Shown here piece after piece: positions 48,188 through 56,422 of a stretch of DNA of 64,000 nucleotides. The DNA is taken from contig JANYKT010000159.1 of the NCBI GenBank assembly GCA_025358085.1, positions 1,484 to 65,483 of the forward strand. Reading direction: 5' to 3'. A program made the translations under genes and the position numbers. The DNA comes from Deltaproteobacteria bacterium (GTDB taxonomy: Bacteria > Myxococcota > Myxococcia > Myxococcales > 40CM-4-68-19). How positions within the stretch are numbered: position 1 is the stretch's first letter; each line of letters starts with the position of its first letter. The notes beneath the pieces were generated by a model. That model did not search any database and had not been told where the DNA came from. It was given only the letters and a program-made list of their open reading frames with translations.

Positions 48188-48847
48188 CTATGCATCGGAG
48201 GTGACCTTGCCCTTGTCCAGTGCGATGGTCCGCTTGTGATAGCGCGACAGGAGCCCCCGGTCGTGCGTGGCCACGACCACCGTGGTGCCACGCGCGTTCG
48301 CGTCGAAGAGCAGCTGCAGGATGCTGTCGGTGAGGCCAGGGTCGAGGTTGCCGGTCGGCTCATCGGCCAGCAGGATGGTGGGCTCGTTGACCAGCGCACG
48401 CGCGATCGCCACGCGCTGCTGCTCCCCGCCCGACAGCCGCAGCGGCAGCGAGGTCGCCTTGTGCTTGAGGCCCACCTGCTCGAGGCGGCGCAGCGCGCGC
48501 TCGCGGATCTCGCTGTCGGAGGCGCCCAGCACCTCGAGCGCGTAGCCGACGTTCTCCACCACGGTGCGGTTCTCAAGCAGCTTGAAGTCCTGGAAGACGA
48601 CGCCGATGTTGCGCCGCAGGAACGGCACCCCGGCCTGCGTCAGGCGGCCGACGTTGCGGCCGCCCACCAGGATCTGTCCGCTGGTCGGCTGATCGGCGCA
48701 GAAAAGCAGCTTGAGCAGCGTGCTCTTGCCGGCACCCGACGGCCCGGTCAGCCAGACGAATTCACCCTTTTCGATTCGCAGCGTGACGTCATCGAGGACA
48801 GGCGCGTCGCCGGGATAGCACTTGCTGACGTGGAACAGCTGGATCAC
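48188..48847 (-). CDS. ftsE: Cell division ABC ATPase
   Basis: GPSGAGKST, GVVFQDFKLL, LSGGEQQRVAIARA, LADEPTGNLD. Confidence 0.96.
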   Translation of the reverse strand: MIQLFHVSKCYPGDAPVLDDVTLRIEKGEFVWLTGPSGAGKSTLLKLLFCADQPTSGQILVGGRNVGRLTQAGVPFLRRNIGVVFQDFKLLENRTVVENVGYALEVLGASDSEIRERALRRLEQVGLKHKATSLPLRLSGGEQQRVAIARALVNEPTILLADEPTGNLDPGLTDSILQLLFDANARGTTVVVATHDRGLLSRYHKRTIALDKGKVTSDA

Positions 48848-49368
48848 GGGCTGCAGCCTCCATCGGCCAGAAAGCTGTGACCGGGCCCACAAATCACGAT
48901 CGCGCAGGTCGTGCCGGGCCCGTTCTGGCAGGTGATGGTTCCAGGCAGCGCGGGAGCGGTGCAGGGGAACGTGCCGGCGGGCTCGTTGCAGCCGCCGTCG
49001 AACGAGTTACCGGCGTCGAGGAGGCCGGTGCAATACGGGATGCTGTCGAAGTAGAGCGTCCCGTTGCAGCCATTTGCCTGCAGAAAGAGCGTCTGCTGCT
49101 GCTGCGTAGTACCGCCGCGGCAAAAATCATTTACGATTCCGTTGAAGCTGGCGCAGGGGCCCGCGTCGCCGCCGTCGGCGCCAGCATCGCCTCCGTCGAC
49201 GCCTCCATCGCCTGCGTGGCCTGCGTCCCCCGCGTCGCCCGCATCCAGCGGGCCTCCGTTTCCCACGCAGTTGGGACCGGTGCAGGGATTGGTGATTTCA
49301 CCGCTGGTGTTCGACATGCAGGCGGCGACCAGGGAAAGACCGATCGCGACAGGGAAGCTTGAGCGCAT
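48844..49368 (-). CDS. Cys-rich predicted lipoprotein with DAG/DGG repeats
   Basis: Lipobox LVAAC; DAGDAG linker typical of myxobacterial lipoproteins; stop overlaps the ftsE start (GTGA). Confidence 0.75.
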   Translation of the reverse strand: MRSSFPVAIGLSLVAACMSNTSGEITNPCTGPNCVGNGGPLDAGDAGDAGHAGDGGVDGGDAGADGGDAGPCASFNGIVNDFCRGGTTQQQQTLFLQANGCNGTLYFDSIPYCTGLLDAGNSFDGGCNEPAGTFPCTAPALPGTITCQNGPGTTCAIVICGPGHSFLADGGCSP

Positions 49369-49376
49369 GGGACTTC

Positions 49377-50420
49377 CTATTTGTGCGGCTCTAGGTCCGC
49401 TGAAAGGAAAGCGAGAATCACTTCGTCGAGGCTCTTCTCGCTTATGAGCTCTTCCGCGAAGAGCGTAGGAAGATCCTCGTGAGCAGTCTCGATCGGCTGC
49501 TCCCCGAAGAGGCTGAGCGGAGCAGCCCAGGCTGGCGCGGACGGGCGCGGCGGCGCCGTCGCGGAGCCCAAGGTTCGCGGAACGGGCGGAGCTCCAACCG
49601 GCACCATCCTGGGCGGCGGCTGATTTTGTCGTGGCCCCTGCGGAGGAGGACGGGTCACGGGCGGAAGCGGCGCGCCCGGCTGGCGTGGAGCGGGAGCGGG
49701 AGACGCGCCCGGCGGCGCTGCCTGCCAGACCGGGGGCTGCTGCGGAGGCGCGCGCGGGAACGGGACCGGCGTTGGCCGTGGGGCGGGCGCTGCCGAAGGC
49801 AAGGAGGGCTGCAGCGTCGGAGTCTTGGGCGGTGCGGGCCGCATTGACGCGTGCTGAGATTGATTCGCCGGCGAGGGCCGGACTGCGCCCGGCTGCAGGA
49901 GCGACGGCGCAACCGGAGAGCGGGCGGCGGCAGGCTGCATCGGAGCCGGCGGCACTGCAGGCCTTGCCGGTGCCCCGAACGCGCGAGGCGTTGCCGCGGG
50001 GTTCACTGTTGGTGAAACCAGATTCACAGCTGGCGGCCTTCGCAAGGCAGAGGGCGCCGAGGGCGCGGCATTGACCGCCTCGGGCCCGGTCTGTCCCGTG
50101 GCCAGTACGCCAGGCTCGTAGTGCGTCGCTGCCAGCCGCTCGGCCAAGTCGTCGAACTCGCCCGAGACGAGCCGCTTGAGCATCTGCTTGTGCTGCGCCT
50201 CCATCAAGGAGCGCACGGTCTTCGCGAGGTCCACGTCGACAGCCTTGTCGGCATAACTCGTCTTGGTGCTGGCGACGATGTTGCCGCCGACGAACAGGTG
50301 CGTGATGTAGTGCGCGTGCGGCAGGCCCGAGTCCTCGGTCTGCACATGGTAGACCCGCGACCCGTACTTGACGTTGTGGTTGAAGCCGACGCCGGGGCCG
50401 ACAGGCTTGTTGGCGCTCAC
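49377..50420 (-). CDS. Hypothetical protein: globular N-domain, Pro-rich linker, acidic C-terminal motif
   Basis: GFNHNVKYGSRVYHVQTEDSG...THLFVGGNI; Pro-rich middle; ISEKSLDEVILAFL. GGAGG RBS before GTG 50420. Confidence 0.75.
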   Translation of the reverse strand: MSANKPVGPGVGFNHNVKYGSRVYHVQTEDSGLPHAHYITHLFVGGNIVASTKTSYADKAVDVDLAKTVRSLMEAQHKQMLKRLVSGEFDDLAERLAATHYEPGVLATGQTGPEAVNAAPSAPSALRRPPAVNLVSPTVNPAATPRAFGAPARPAVPPAPMQPAAARSPVAPSLLQPGAVRPSPANQSQHASMRPAPPKTPTLQPSLPSAAPAPRPTPVPFPRAPPQQPPVWQAAPPGASPAPAPRQPGAPLPPVTRPPPQGPRQNQPPPRMVPVGAPPVPRTLGSATAPPRPSAPAWAAPLSLFGEQPIETAHEDLPTLFAEELISEKSLDEVILAFLSADLEPHK

Positions 50421-50541
50421 GTTGCGGACTGCCTCCAGCAGGCGAGAAAGGTCTCTCTTCTTGCTCCGATGCTTAGCAGAACGCCCTCGGCTCCGCCACA
50501 GCGGCGGTCGAGGGGACTTAGGAGGCCTTGTCCTTGTAGTT

Positions 50542-51342
50542 TCAGACCAGATCGACCAGCTCCACGGTTCCGATCGGCCTTCCCAGAAACCGCTCCGCGA
50601 CGCCGCGAAACCGGTCAGGGAGGTCGGTACAAAGGGTTCGGTGGACAGCTTTTGCAGGCCCGGCCCGCAGCAGGGACCGGCCGGCGAGCAGGCGCAGCGC
50701 CGCCTCCGCGGTGGCCTCGGCGCTGTCGACCAGCGCGACCTGCGGGCCCATGACTTCCGCGATGGCGCGCGACAAGAGCGGATAGTGCGTGCAGCCGAGC
50801 AGCACCGTATCGGCGCCGCTCCTACGAAGGTCGCCCAGATATCGCTCGGCCACCAGGCGCGGCACTTCACCATCGACCCAGCCCTCCTCGGCGAGCGGCA
50901 CGAAAAGCGGGCACGCCCGCGAGACCAGCCGCGAGAGAGGCGAGAGGCGGCCGAGCGCTTTCTGGTACGCACCAGACGCGATGGTCGATGGCGTGCCCAG
51001 CACCACGATGGTCCCCCCGCGGGTCCTGGCCGCCGCCGACCGCGCCCCCGGCTCGATCACGCCCAGCACCGGAATGGGTAGCGCAGCGGCCAGCGCCGGA
51101 AGGCTGTGCGCCGAGACCGTGTTGCAGGCGATCACCAGCAGCTTGATCCGCTGCGCCGCGAGGTAGCGGCCCGACAGCAGTGCGTACCGCGTGACCACGT
51201 CGTGCGAGCGGGTCCCGTAGGGCACACGCGCGGTGTCGCCGAGATAGACGGTGTTCTCGAGCGGCAGCGCCGCCATCAGAGTTCGCAGCACCGTGAGCCC
51301 GCCGACGCCGCTGTCAAAGACGCCGATCGGCAGGTCGCGCAT
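50542..51342 (-). CDS. murI: Glutamate racemase
   Basis: FDSGVGGLTV, GDTARVPYG, ACNTVS, LGCTHYP. Confidence 0.97.
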   Translation of the reverse strand: MRDLPIGVFDSGVGGLTVLRTLMAALPLENTVYLGDTARVPYGTRSHDVVTRYALLSGRYLAAQRIKLLVIACNTVSAHSLPALAAALPIPVLGVIEPGARSAAARTRGGTIVVLGTPSTIASGAYQKALGRLSPLSRLVSRACPLFVPLAEEGWVDGEVPRLVAERYLGDLRRSGADTVLLGCTHYPLLSRAIAEVMGPQVALVDSAEATAEAALRLLAGRSLLRAGPAKAVHRTLCTDLPDRFRGVAERFLGRPIGTVELVDLV

Positions 51343-51391
51343 TGTGGGGACACCATACGCATTTCCCTGATCGGCGGCTCCGGGCTCAGGC

Positions 51392-52711
51392 TCAGTGCGC
51401 GGCGACGAAGACCACGTTGGCGCTCGAGTGCGCGTTGTCCGGCACCGCGAAAGACACGTTTTGCGCGGCGTAGCCCGACGTGCTGGCTGTGATGCTCCAG
51501 AGGCCGGGGGCTAGTCCGGGGCACTGCGCAGGCGAGCCTGGCCAGCAGAAGTCGATGCTGTTGCCCGCCGCTGGCCCGCACACCGCGGTGTCGCGGTGGG
51601 GATTCTTCATGGGATCGATCAGGGTGTACGTGATGTTCAGAGTCGTGCTGCTGCAGGACGGGCCGCCCGCCGGGAACTGCCAGACCAGCGCGGCGCCGCC
51701 CAAGCCGGGGCTGGCCGCGTCGGCCGAGACGTCGAGCGAGGTGGTGATGCCCGCCAGGAATCGCTCGGCGCGCGGCGGCGTATGCGTCACATAGACCAGC
51801 TTGTCGTTCGGCGTCGCGTGGCGCAGGCCGGTGATGGCCACGGTGTGATTCCCAGGCGCGAGGCCGTCGAAGGTGGCGCCATCCACGCCGGACGTGGCGC
51901 AAGGGACGGTCCCCGCGTCAACACCGCCGCTGCCGTCGGGCGCGGGGTCGAAAGCGACGTCGACGCTGTCCACCTGCGCCTGCGCGCAAGTCATGCCGTT
52001 GACGAAGCTCCAGGTGAGTTCGGCGCTGCCGGTGGTGGCCGCGGCCGGCGCCAGATCAGGAGTGACCGAGGTGTCCTGGCCATCGACGACCGTGACCGAA
52101 ATTCCCTGCAGCAAGTAGGCAACCTGTCCGTTGACCAGGCCCGTGACGTCGACGACATGGCCGCCGGCCGAAAGCGGCGAGACGCTGACCCCGTCGATGC
52201 CGCCCTGGCTGCAGGGCAGGTCGGCGTTGTTGTTAGCGTCCGCCAGCACCGCGCCGTCCACGCTCATGTGGACCACGTTGACGCCCGCCGCCGCGCAGCT
52301 CTTGCCGTTGAAGGTGTAGCGCAGCGTGGCCGAGCCGCCGGCGGTCGAGTGGGCAGGCACCGCGTCCAACGCGACGACGCTGCCGCCTCCGCGCACCGGT
52401 TCCACGGCGGTGGCTTGGTAAAGGACCGCCCCCTGCCCGTCGAGTCCGGTCAAGGTCAGGTTGTAATTTCCCAGCACATAGCTTCCAAGGTGAGCGCCCG
52501 TGTTGATGCTCTTGTCGGCGTTGCTGCAGGCGAATTGACCCGGCGAAAGCACCTCGCCCTGGATGTCAACCTGGATGGTCGCCACCCCGGCCTGGGCGCA
52601 AGTCTGCCCCGCAAAGGTCCAGTTGAGCGTGAGGTTCGCGCGTGAAGGCGCGCACGCCGCTGCAGCTAGAAAGAATCCGCCGACGACTAGTAGCCTGGGT
52701 GGCTTGCCCAT
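51392..52711 (-). CDS. Predicted lipoprotein with ~4 repeated Cys-paired beta domains
   Basis: Lipobox AAAAC; repeats LNWTFAGQTC, LRYTFNGKSC, LTWSFVNGMTC, LVWQFPAGGPSC. Confidence 0.75.
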   Translation of the reverse strand: MGKPPRLLVVGGFFLAAAACAPSRANLTLNWTFAGQTCAQAGVATIQVDIQGEVLSPGQFACSNADKSINTGAHLGSYVLGNYNLTLTGLDGQGAVLYQATAVEPVRGGGSVVALDAVPAHSTAGGSATLRYTFNGKSCAAAGVNVVHMSVDGAVLADANNNADLPCSQGGIDGVSVSPLSAGGHVVDVTGLVNGQVAYLLQGISVTVVDGQDTSVTPDLAPAAATTGSAELTWSFVNGMTCAQAQVDSVDVAFDPAPDGSGGVDAGTVPCATSGVDGATFDGLAPGNHTVAITGLRHATPNDKLVYVTHTPPRAERFLAGITTSLDVSADAASPGLGGAALVWQFPAGGPSCSSTTLNITYTLIDPMKNPHRDTAVCGPAAGNSIDFCWPGSPAQCPGLAPGLWSITASTSGYAAQNVSFAVPDNAHSSANVVFVAAH

Positions 52712-52850
52712 CGATCCTCCTGCACCCTCAGACGGCCCACGGGCGCTTGTCATTCAAGGCGGTGTCGCTTCTTGCGTCCCCGTAGAGGTCAAGCCCGAGG
52801 GGCTGCTCGTGCGTTGACACCGTGAACCGGCCATGCGAGGCACAGCGACC

Positions 52851-53555
52851 ATGAATGGCAGCTTGAATTACGTCGACGTAATCACACACGGCGGGCTCAT
52901 CGTCACCAGTGTGCTGGTGCTGCTGATCCTCACCTCCATCGCCAGCTGGACCATCATCTTCCGCAAGTGGTTGCACCTCCGGAAAGCCAGGCAGGAGAGC
53001 GTCGCCTTCCTCGAGACCTTCTGGCGTTCCAAGCGCCTCGACGACATCTTCACCGCGACCGAGGCCATGCCCGTCTCCCCCGTCGCGCAGGTCTTCCGCG
53101 CTGGCTACGTCGAGCTGTCCAAGGTGACTGCGGGCTCGCAGGCGGGTGCCTCGGATGATGCCGCAATGCACGACCAGCTGGGCGGCTTCGAAAACGTCGA
53201 GCGCGCTCTCGCCCGCGCCGCCAACGCCGAGTTGACCACGCTCGAAATGCAAGTCCCCTTCCTCGGCACCACCGCCGCCGCCGCACCGTTCGTCGGCCTC
53301 TTCGGCACCGTCTGGGGAATCATGGGCGCCTTCCGCGACATCTACGCGGCCGGCAATGCCAACCTCGCCACCGTGTCGAAGCCGATCAGCGAGGCGCTCA
53401 TCGCCACCGCGGTCGGCCTCTTCGCCGCCATCCCCGCGCTGGTCGCGTTCAACGCTTTCAACTCGAAGATCCGCGTGCTCGAGAACGAGATGCGAAACTT
53501 CTCAGCCGACTTCCTCAACATCATCAAGCGGCACATCTTCAAGAAGGTTGCTTAA
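52851..53555 (+). CDS. tolQ: TolQ (MotA/TolQ/ExbB family)
   Basis: AAPFVGLFGTVWGIM, ISEALIATAVGLFAAIPA. Confidence 0.92.
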   Translation: MNGSLNYVDVITHGGLIVTSVLVLLILTSIASWTIIFRKWLHLRKARQESVAFLETFWRSKRLDDIFTATEAMPVSPVAQVFRAGYVELSKVTAGSQAGASDDAAMHDQLGGFENVERALARAANAELTTLEMQVPFLGTTAAAAPFVGLFGTVWGIMGAFRDIYAAGNANLATVSKPISEALIATAVGLFAAIPALVAFNAFNSKIRVLENEMRNFSADFLNIIKRHIFKKVA

Positions 53556-53977
<422 letters not shown>

Positions 53978-53981
<4 letters not shown>

Positions 53982-54751
53982 ACGAACCCGGGCTCCACGG
54001 CAGCGCGCTCTTCGCCACGCCCCGCGTCGCACTGACGCCGGGTGTGCTGCTGGCGGTCGCGCTGCACGTGCTGGTGCTGGGCGGCGCGCTGCTGGCGCCG
54101 CACTTCGACCGCGCGCCCCCGCTGCGCAAGCCCATTCTCGCCAGGCTGGTCGCGCTGGGGAAGCCGCGCGACGCGAAGCTGCTGCCGCGTAAGGAATCGC
54201 CGGCCCCGCCCGCTCCTGCCTCCCCGAAGTCACCCGCGCCGGTCGCGCCTTTGGCGCCTCCGGCGGCACATTCGAAGCCGGGGCTTTTGCCGGCAGCCCC
54301 GGTTCCAAAACCTCGCGCGCCGACGCGCCAGGAGCTGATGGATCGCGCGCTGGCCAAAGCCGACGGCCACGCGCGGCCGTCGGCGTCAAAAGAGAAGCTC
54401 GCCCCCGACCCCGACCGCGCCGGCCAGACGAACGGCAGCGCGGCTGGCACCGCAGAGACGGCCGAAGCGGGCGAGAGGTATTTCACCGAAGTCCACGACG
54501 CCATCCTCGAGAACTATGTCGTCCCTTCGGTGATCTCCGAGCGCGAGCGGCTCTATCTCTCCGCCACCATCGTTGCCTGGATCAAGCCCGACGGCTCACT
54601 GCTCAAGCACCAATTGCAGAAGAGCTCGGGCAATCACTTCTTCGACGAGGCGCTGGAGCTCGCAGTCCAGAAGACCCGCCTGCCACCGCCGCCACCCGAA
54701 CTCGCCCGCTCCTTGCGCGACGAAGGCGTGGCATTGAACTTCAAGCCATGA
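53978..54751 (+). CDS. tolA: TolA/TonB-like protein
   Basis: TM segment with SxxxH-like VALH; Pro-rich linker; TonB_2-like C-domain (SSGNHFFD); between tolR and tolB. Confidence 0.8.
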
Positions 54752-56022
54752 AGAGAGGTCCCTTGCGCGGTCTCGTGTTTTCCTTGCTCGTCTCCTCCAG
54801 TGCGCTCGCAGCGCGGCCGGTGATTGATTTGAATGGCGCCCGCGTCCAGGCGTATCCCGTCGCGGTCGCACACGGTCTGGGCGACCCGCAGGCGGCCGCC
54901 ACCGTGCAGATGGTGCTGTCGCAGGACTTCGAGCACAGCGGGCTGTTCAAGCTGCTCGACCCCGCCTCGTTCCTCGCCAAGGATGGATTGACCGCCATCG
55001 ATTACCCCGCCTGGGCCAGCGTCGGAGCGCAGGGACTGGTGAAGCTCAGTTGCACCGCGGCGGTGACCTGCGAATTTCATCTCTTCGACGTGGGCTCTGC
55101 GCGTGAGCTTCTGCATGGCACCTATTCCGCAGCTCCGGCGGGGCTGCGGCAGGTGGCGCACCGATTCGGCGACGACGTGGTTCACTACTTCACCCAGGAG
55201 CCGGGCATCCTGCAGACGCGCATCGCCTATGTGCGCGAGACCGCGTCCGGCAAGCAGATCGTGGTCGCCGACTCCGATGGATATGGCCCACAGGCATTGA
55301 CCGGCGCCTCCATCAATCTATTGCCGGCGTGGACCCCGGACGGAAAGACCATCGCTTTCACCTCGCTGCGCGAGGGCAGCGGCGCTCATCTCTATTCAAT
55401 CGATGTATCGAGCCGGCAGATCCGCCCGCTCGTGCTGACGGGCGACTTCTCTTCGGGCTCGGTGTACTCGCCCGATGGCCTCAGGTTCACTTACTCATCA
55501 TCAGTGAATGACAACACCGATATTCATGTCGCGCAGGCTGACGGCTCAGCGGGGCGGCGACTGACTGACTCCCGCGCCATCGACGTCTCGGCCACCTGGA
55601 GCCCCGACGGCCGGCATATCGCGTTCATCTCCGATCGCGCGGGGACTCCGCAAGTCTATACGATGCTCGCCGATGGCACTGAACTGAAGCGGCTCACCTT
55701 TCAAGGCAACTACAACCAGGAGCCGGCCTGGTCGCCGAAGGGCGATTTGATTGCCTTCTCTGGCCGCGACGAGAAACGCAGCTTTGATGTTTATACGGTG
55801 AACCTCGAAACCGGGAAGGTCGCGCGCCTGACGCAGAATGCGGGCACCAACGAGAAGCCGGCTTGGTCGCCCAATGGGCGATATATCGTCTATTCATCGA
55901 CCCGTTCGGGAAAGCGGCAACTCTGGGTGATGAACTCTGATGGATCCAGCCAGCGGCAATTGACGGCTGAAAAAATGGGCGCGTCCGACCCGGCGTGGGG
56001 TCCGCTCTCCGAACTCAAATAG
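54748..56022 (+). CDS. tolB: TolB beta-propeller protein
   Basis: Signal peptide; N-domain (SGLFKLLD, AHRFGD); PD40 repeats (PAWTPDG, WSPDG, PAWSPKG, PAWSPNG). Confidence 0.92.
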   Translation: MKRGPLRGLVFSLLVSSSALAARPVIDLNGARVQAYPVAVAHGLGDPQAAATVQMVLSQDFEHSGLFKLLDPASFLAKDGLTAIDYPAWASVGAQGLVKLSCTAAVTCEFHLFDVGSARELLHGTYSAAPAGLRQVAHRFGDDVVHYFTQEPGILQTRIAYVRETASGKQIVVADSDGYGPQALTGASINLLPAWTPDGKTIAFTSLREGSGAHLYSIDVSSRQIRPLVLTGDFSSGSVYSPDGLRFTYSSSVNDNTDIHVAQADGSAGRRLTDSRAIDVSATWSPDGRHIAFISDRAGTPQVYTMLADGTELKRLTFQGNYNQEPAWSPKGDLIAFSGRDEKRSFDVYTVNLETGKVARLTQNAGTNEKPAWSPNGRYIVYSSTRSGKRQLWVMNSDGSSQRQLTAEKMGASDPAWGPLSELK

Positions 56023-56032
56023 ACAGACGGGT

Positions 56033-56246
56033 AAAAGACAAGGGGCGTGAGCAGGACCTTTGCAGGCTTAGCTCACGCCCCATCTCCGGTAGCCGCCGAA
56101 ACCCCCGTGTCGCCGGCTTCCTGGCCTTTGTGCCGCCCCCGCAGCGCAAAAGCTTTCGTGCACCCGCAAGCCTGCGAGGCGACGTTCCCCCGAACGCGGC
56201 CTCGAAAGACTTCTCTGCCCCCCTGTCGCCCTGGTTCCGCGACACC
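56033..56246 (-). ncRNA. Candidate sigma-54-dependent structured small RNA (~210 nt)
   Basis: Bounded by a near-consensus sigma-54 promoter and a strong terminator in a convergent intergenic gap. No ORF starts inside it. Its 5' end pairs with a segment ~135 nt downstream. Confidence 0.55.
56042..56081 (-). terminator. Intrinsic terminator (minus strand)
   Basis: 11-bp perfect stem GGGGCGUGAGC/GCUCACGCCCC; inner CCU-GCAA-AGG GNRA loop; followed by UUGUCUUUU. Confidence 0.75.
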
Positions 56247-56255
56247 AACGCATAG

Positions 56256-56272
56256 AGCAACCGCCGTGCCGG
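56256..56272 (-). promoter_or_regulatory. Sigma-54 (-24/-12) promoter
   Basis: Minus strand CCGGCACGGCGGTTGCT versus consensus TGGCACG-N4-TTGCW: one mismatch. Confidence 0.7.
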
Positions 56273-56422
56273 ACGGCAATGCCCACTAGTAAACTCGCGC
56301 CGTCAGTGAGTAGGAACACCCGTTCCGCGGCGGCGAAATGCGATGGGAACAGTGGAGAATGACGGCCCGGTGAGTAGAACCGCGGTGCGCCCGGATCAAA
56401 GAGAATCGATTCAGGAGCAGAT

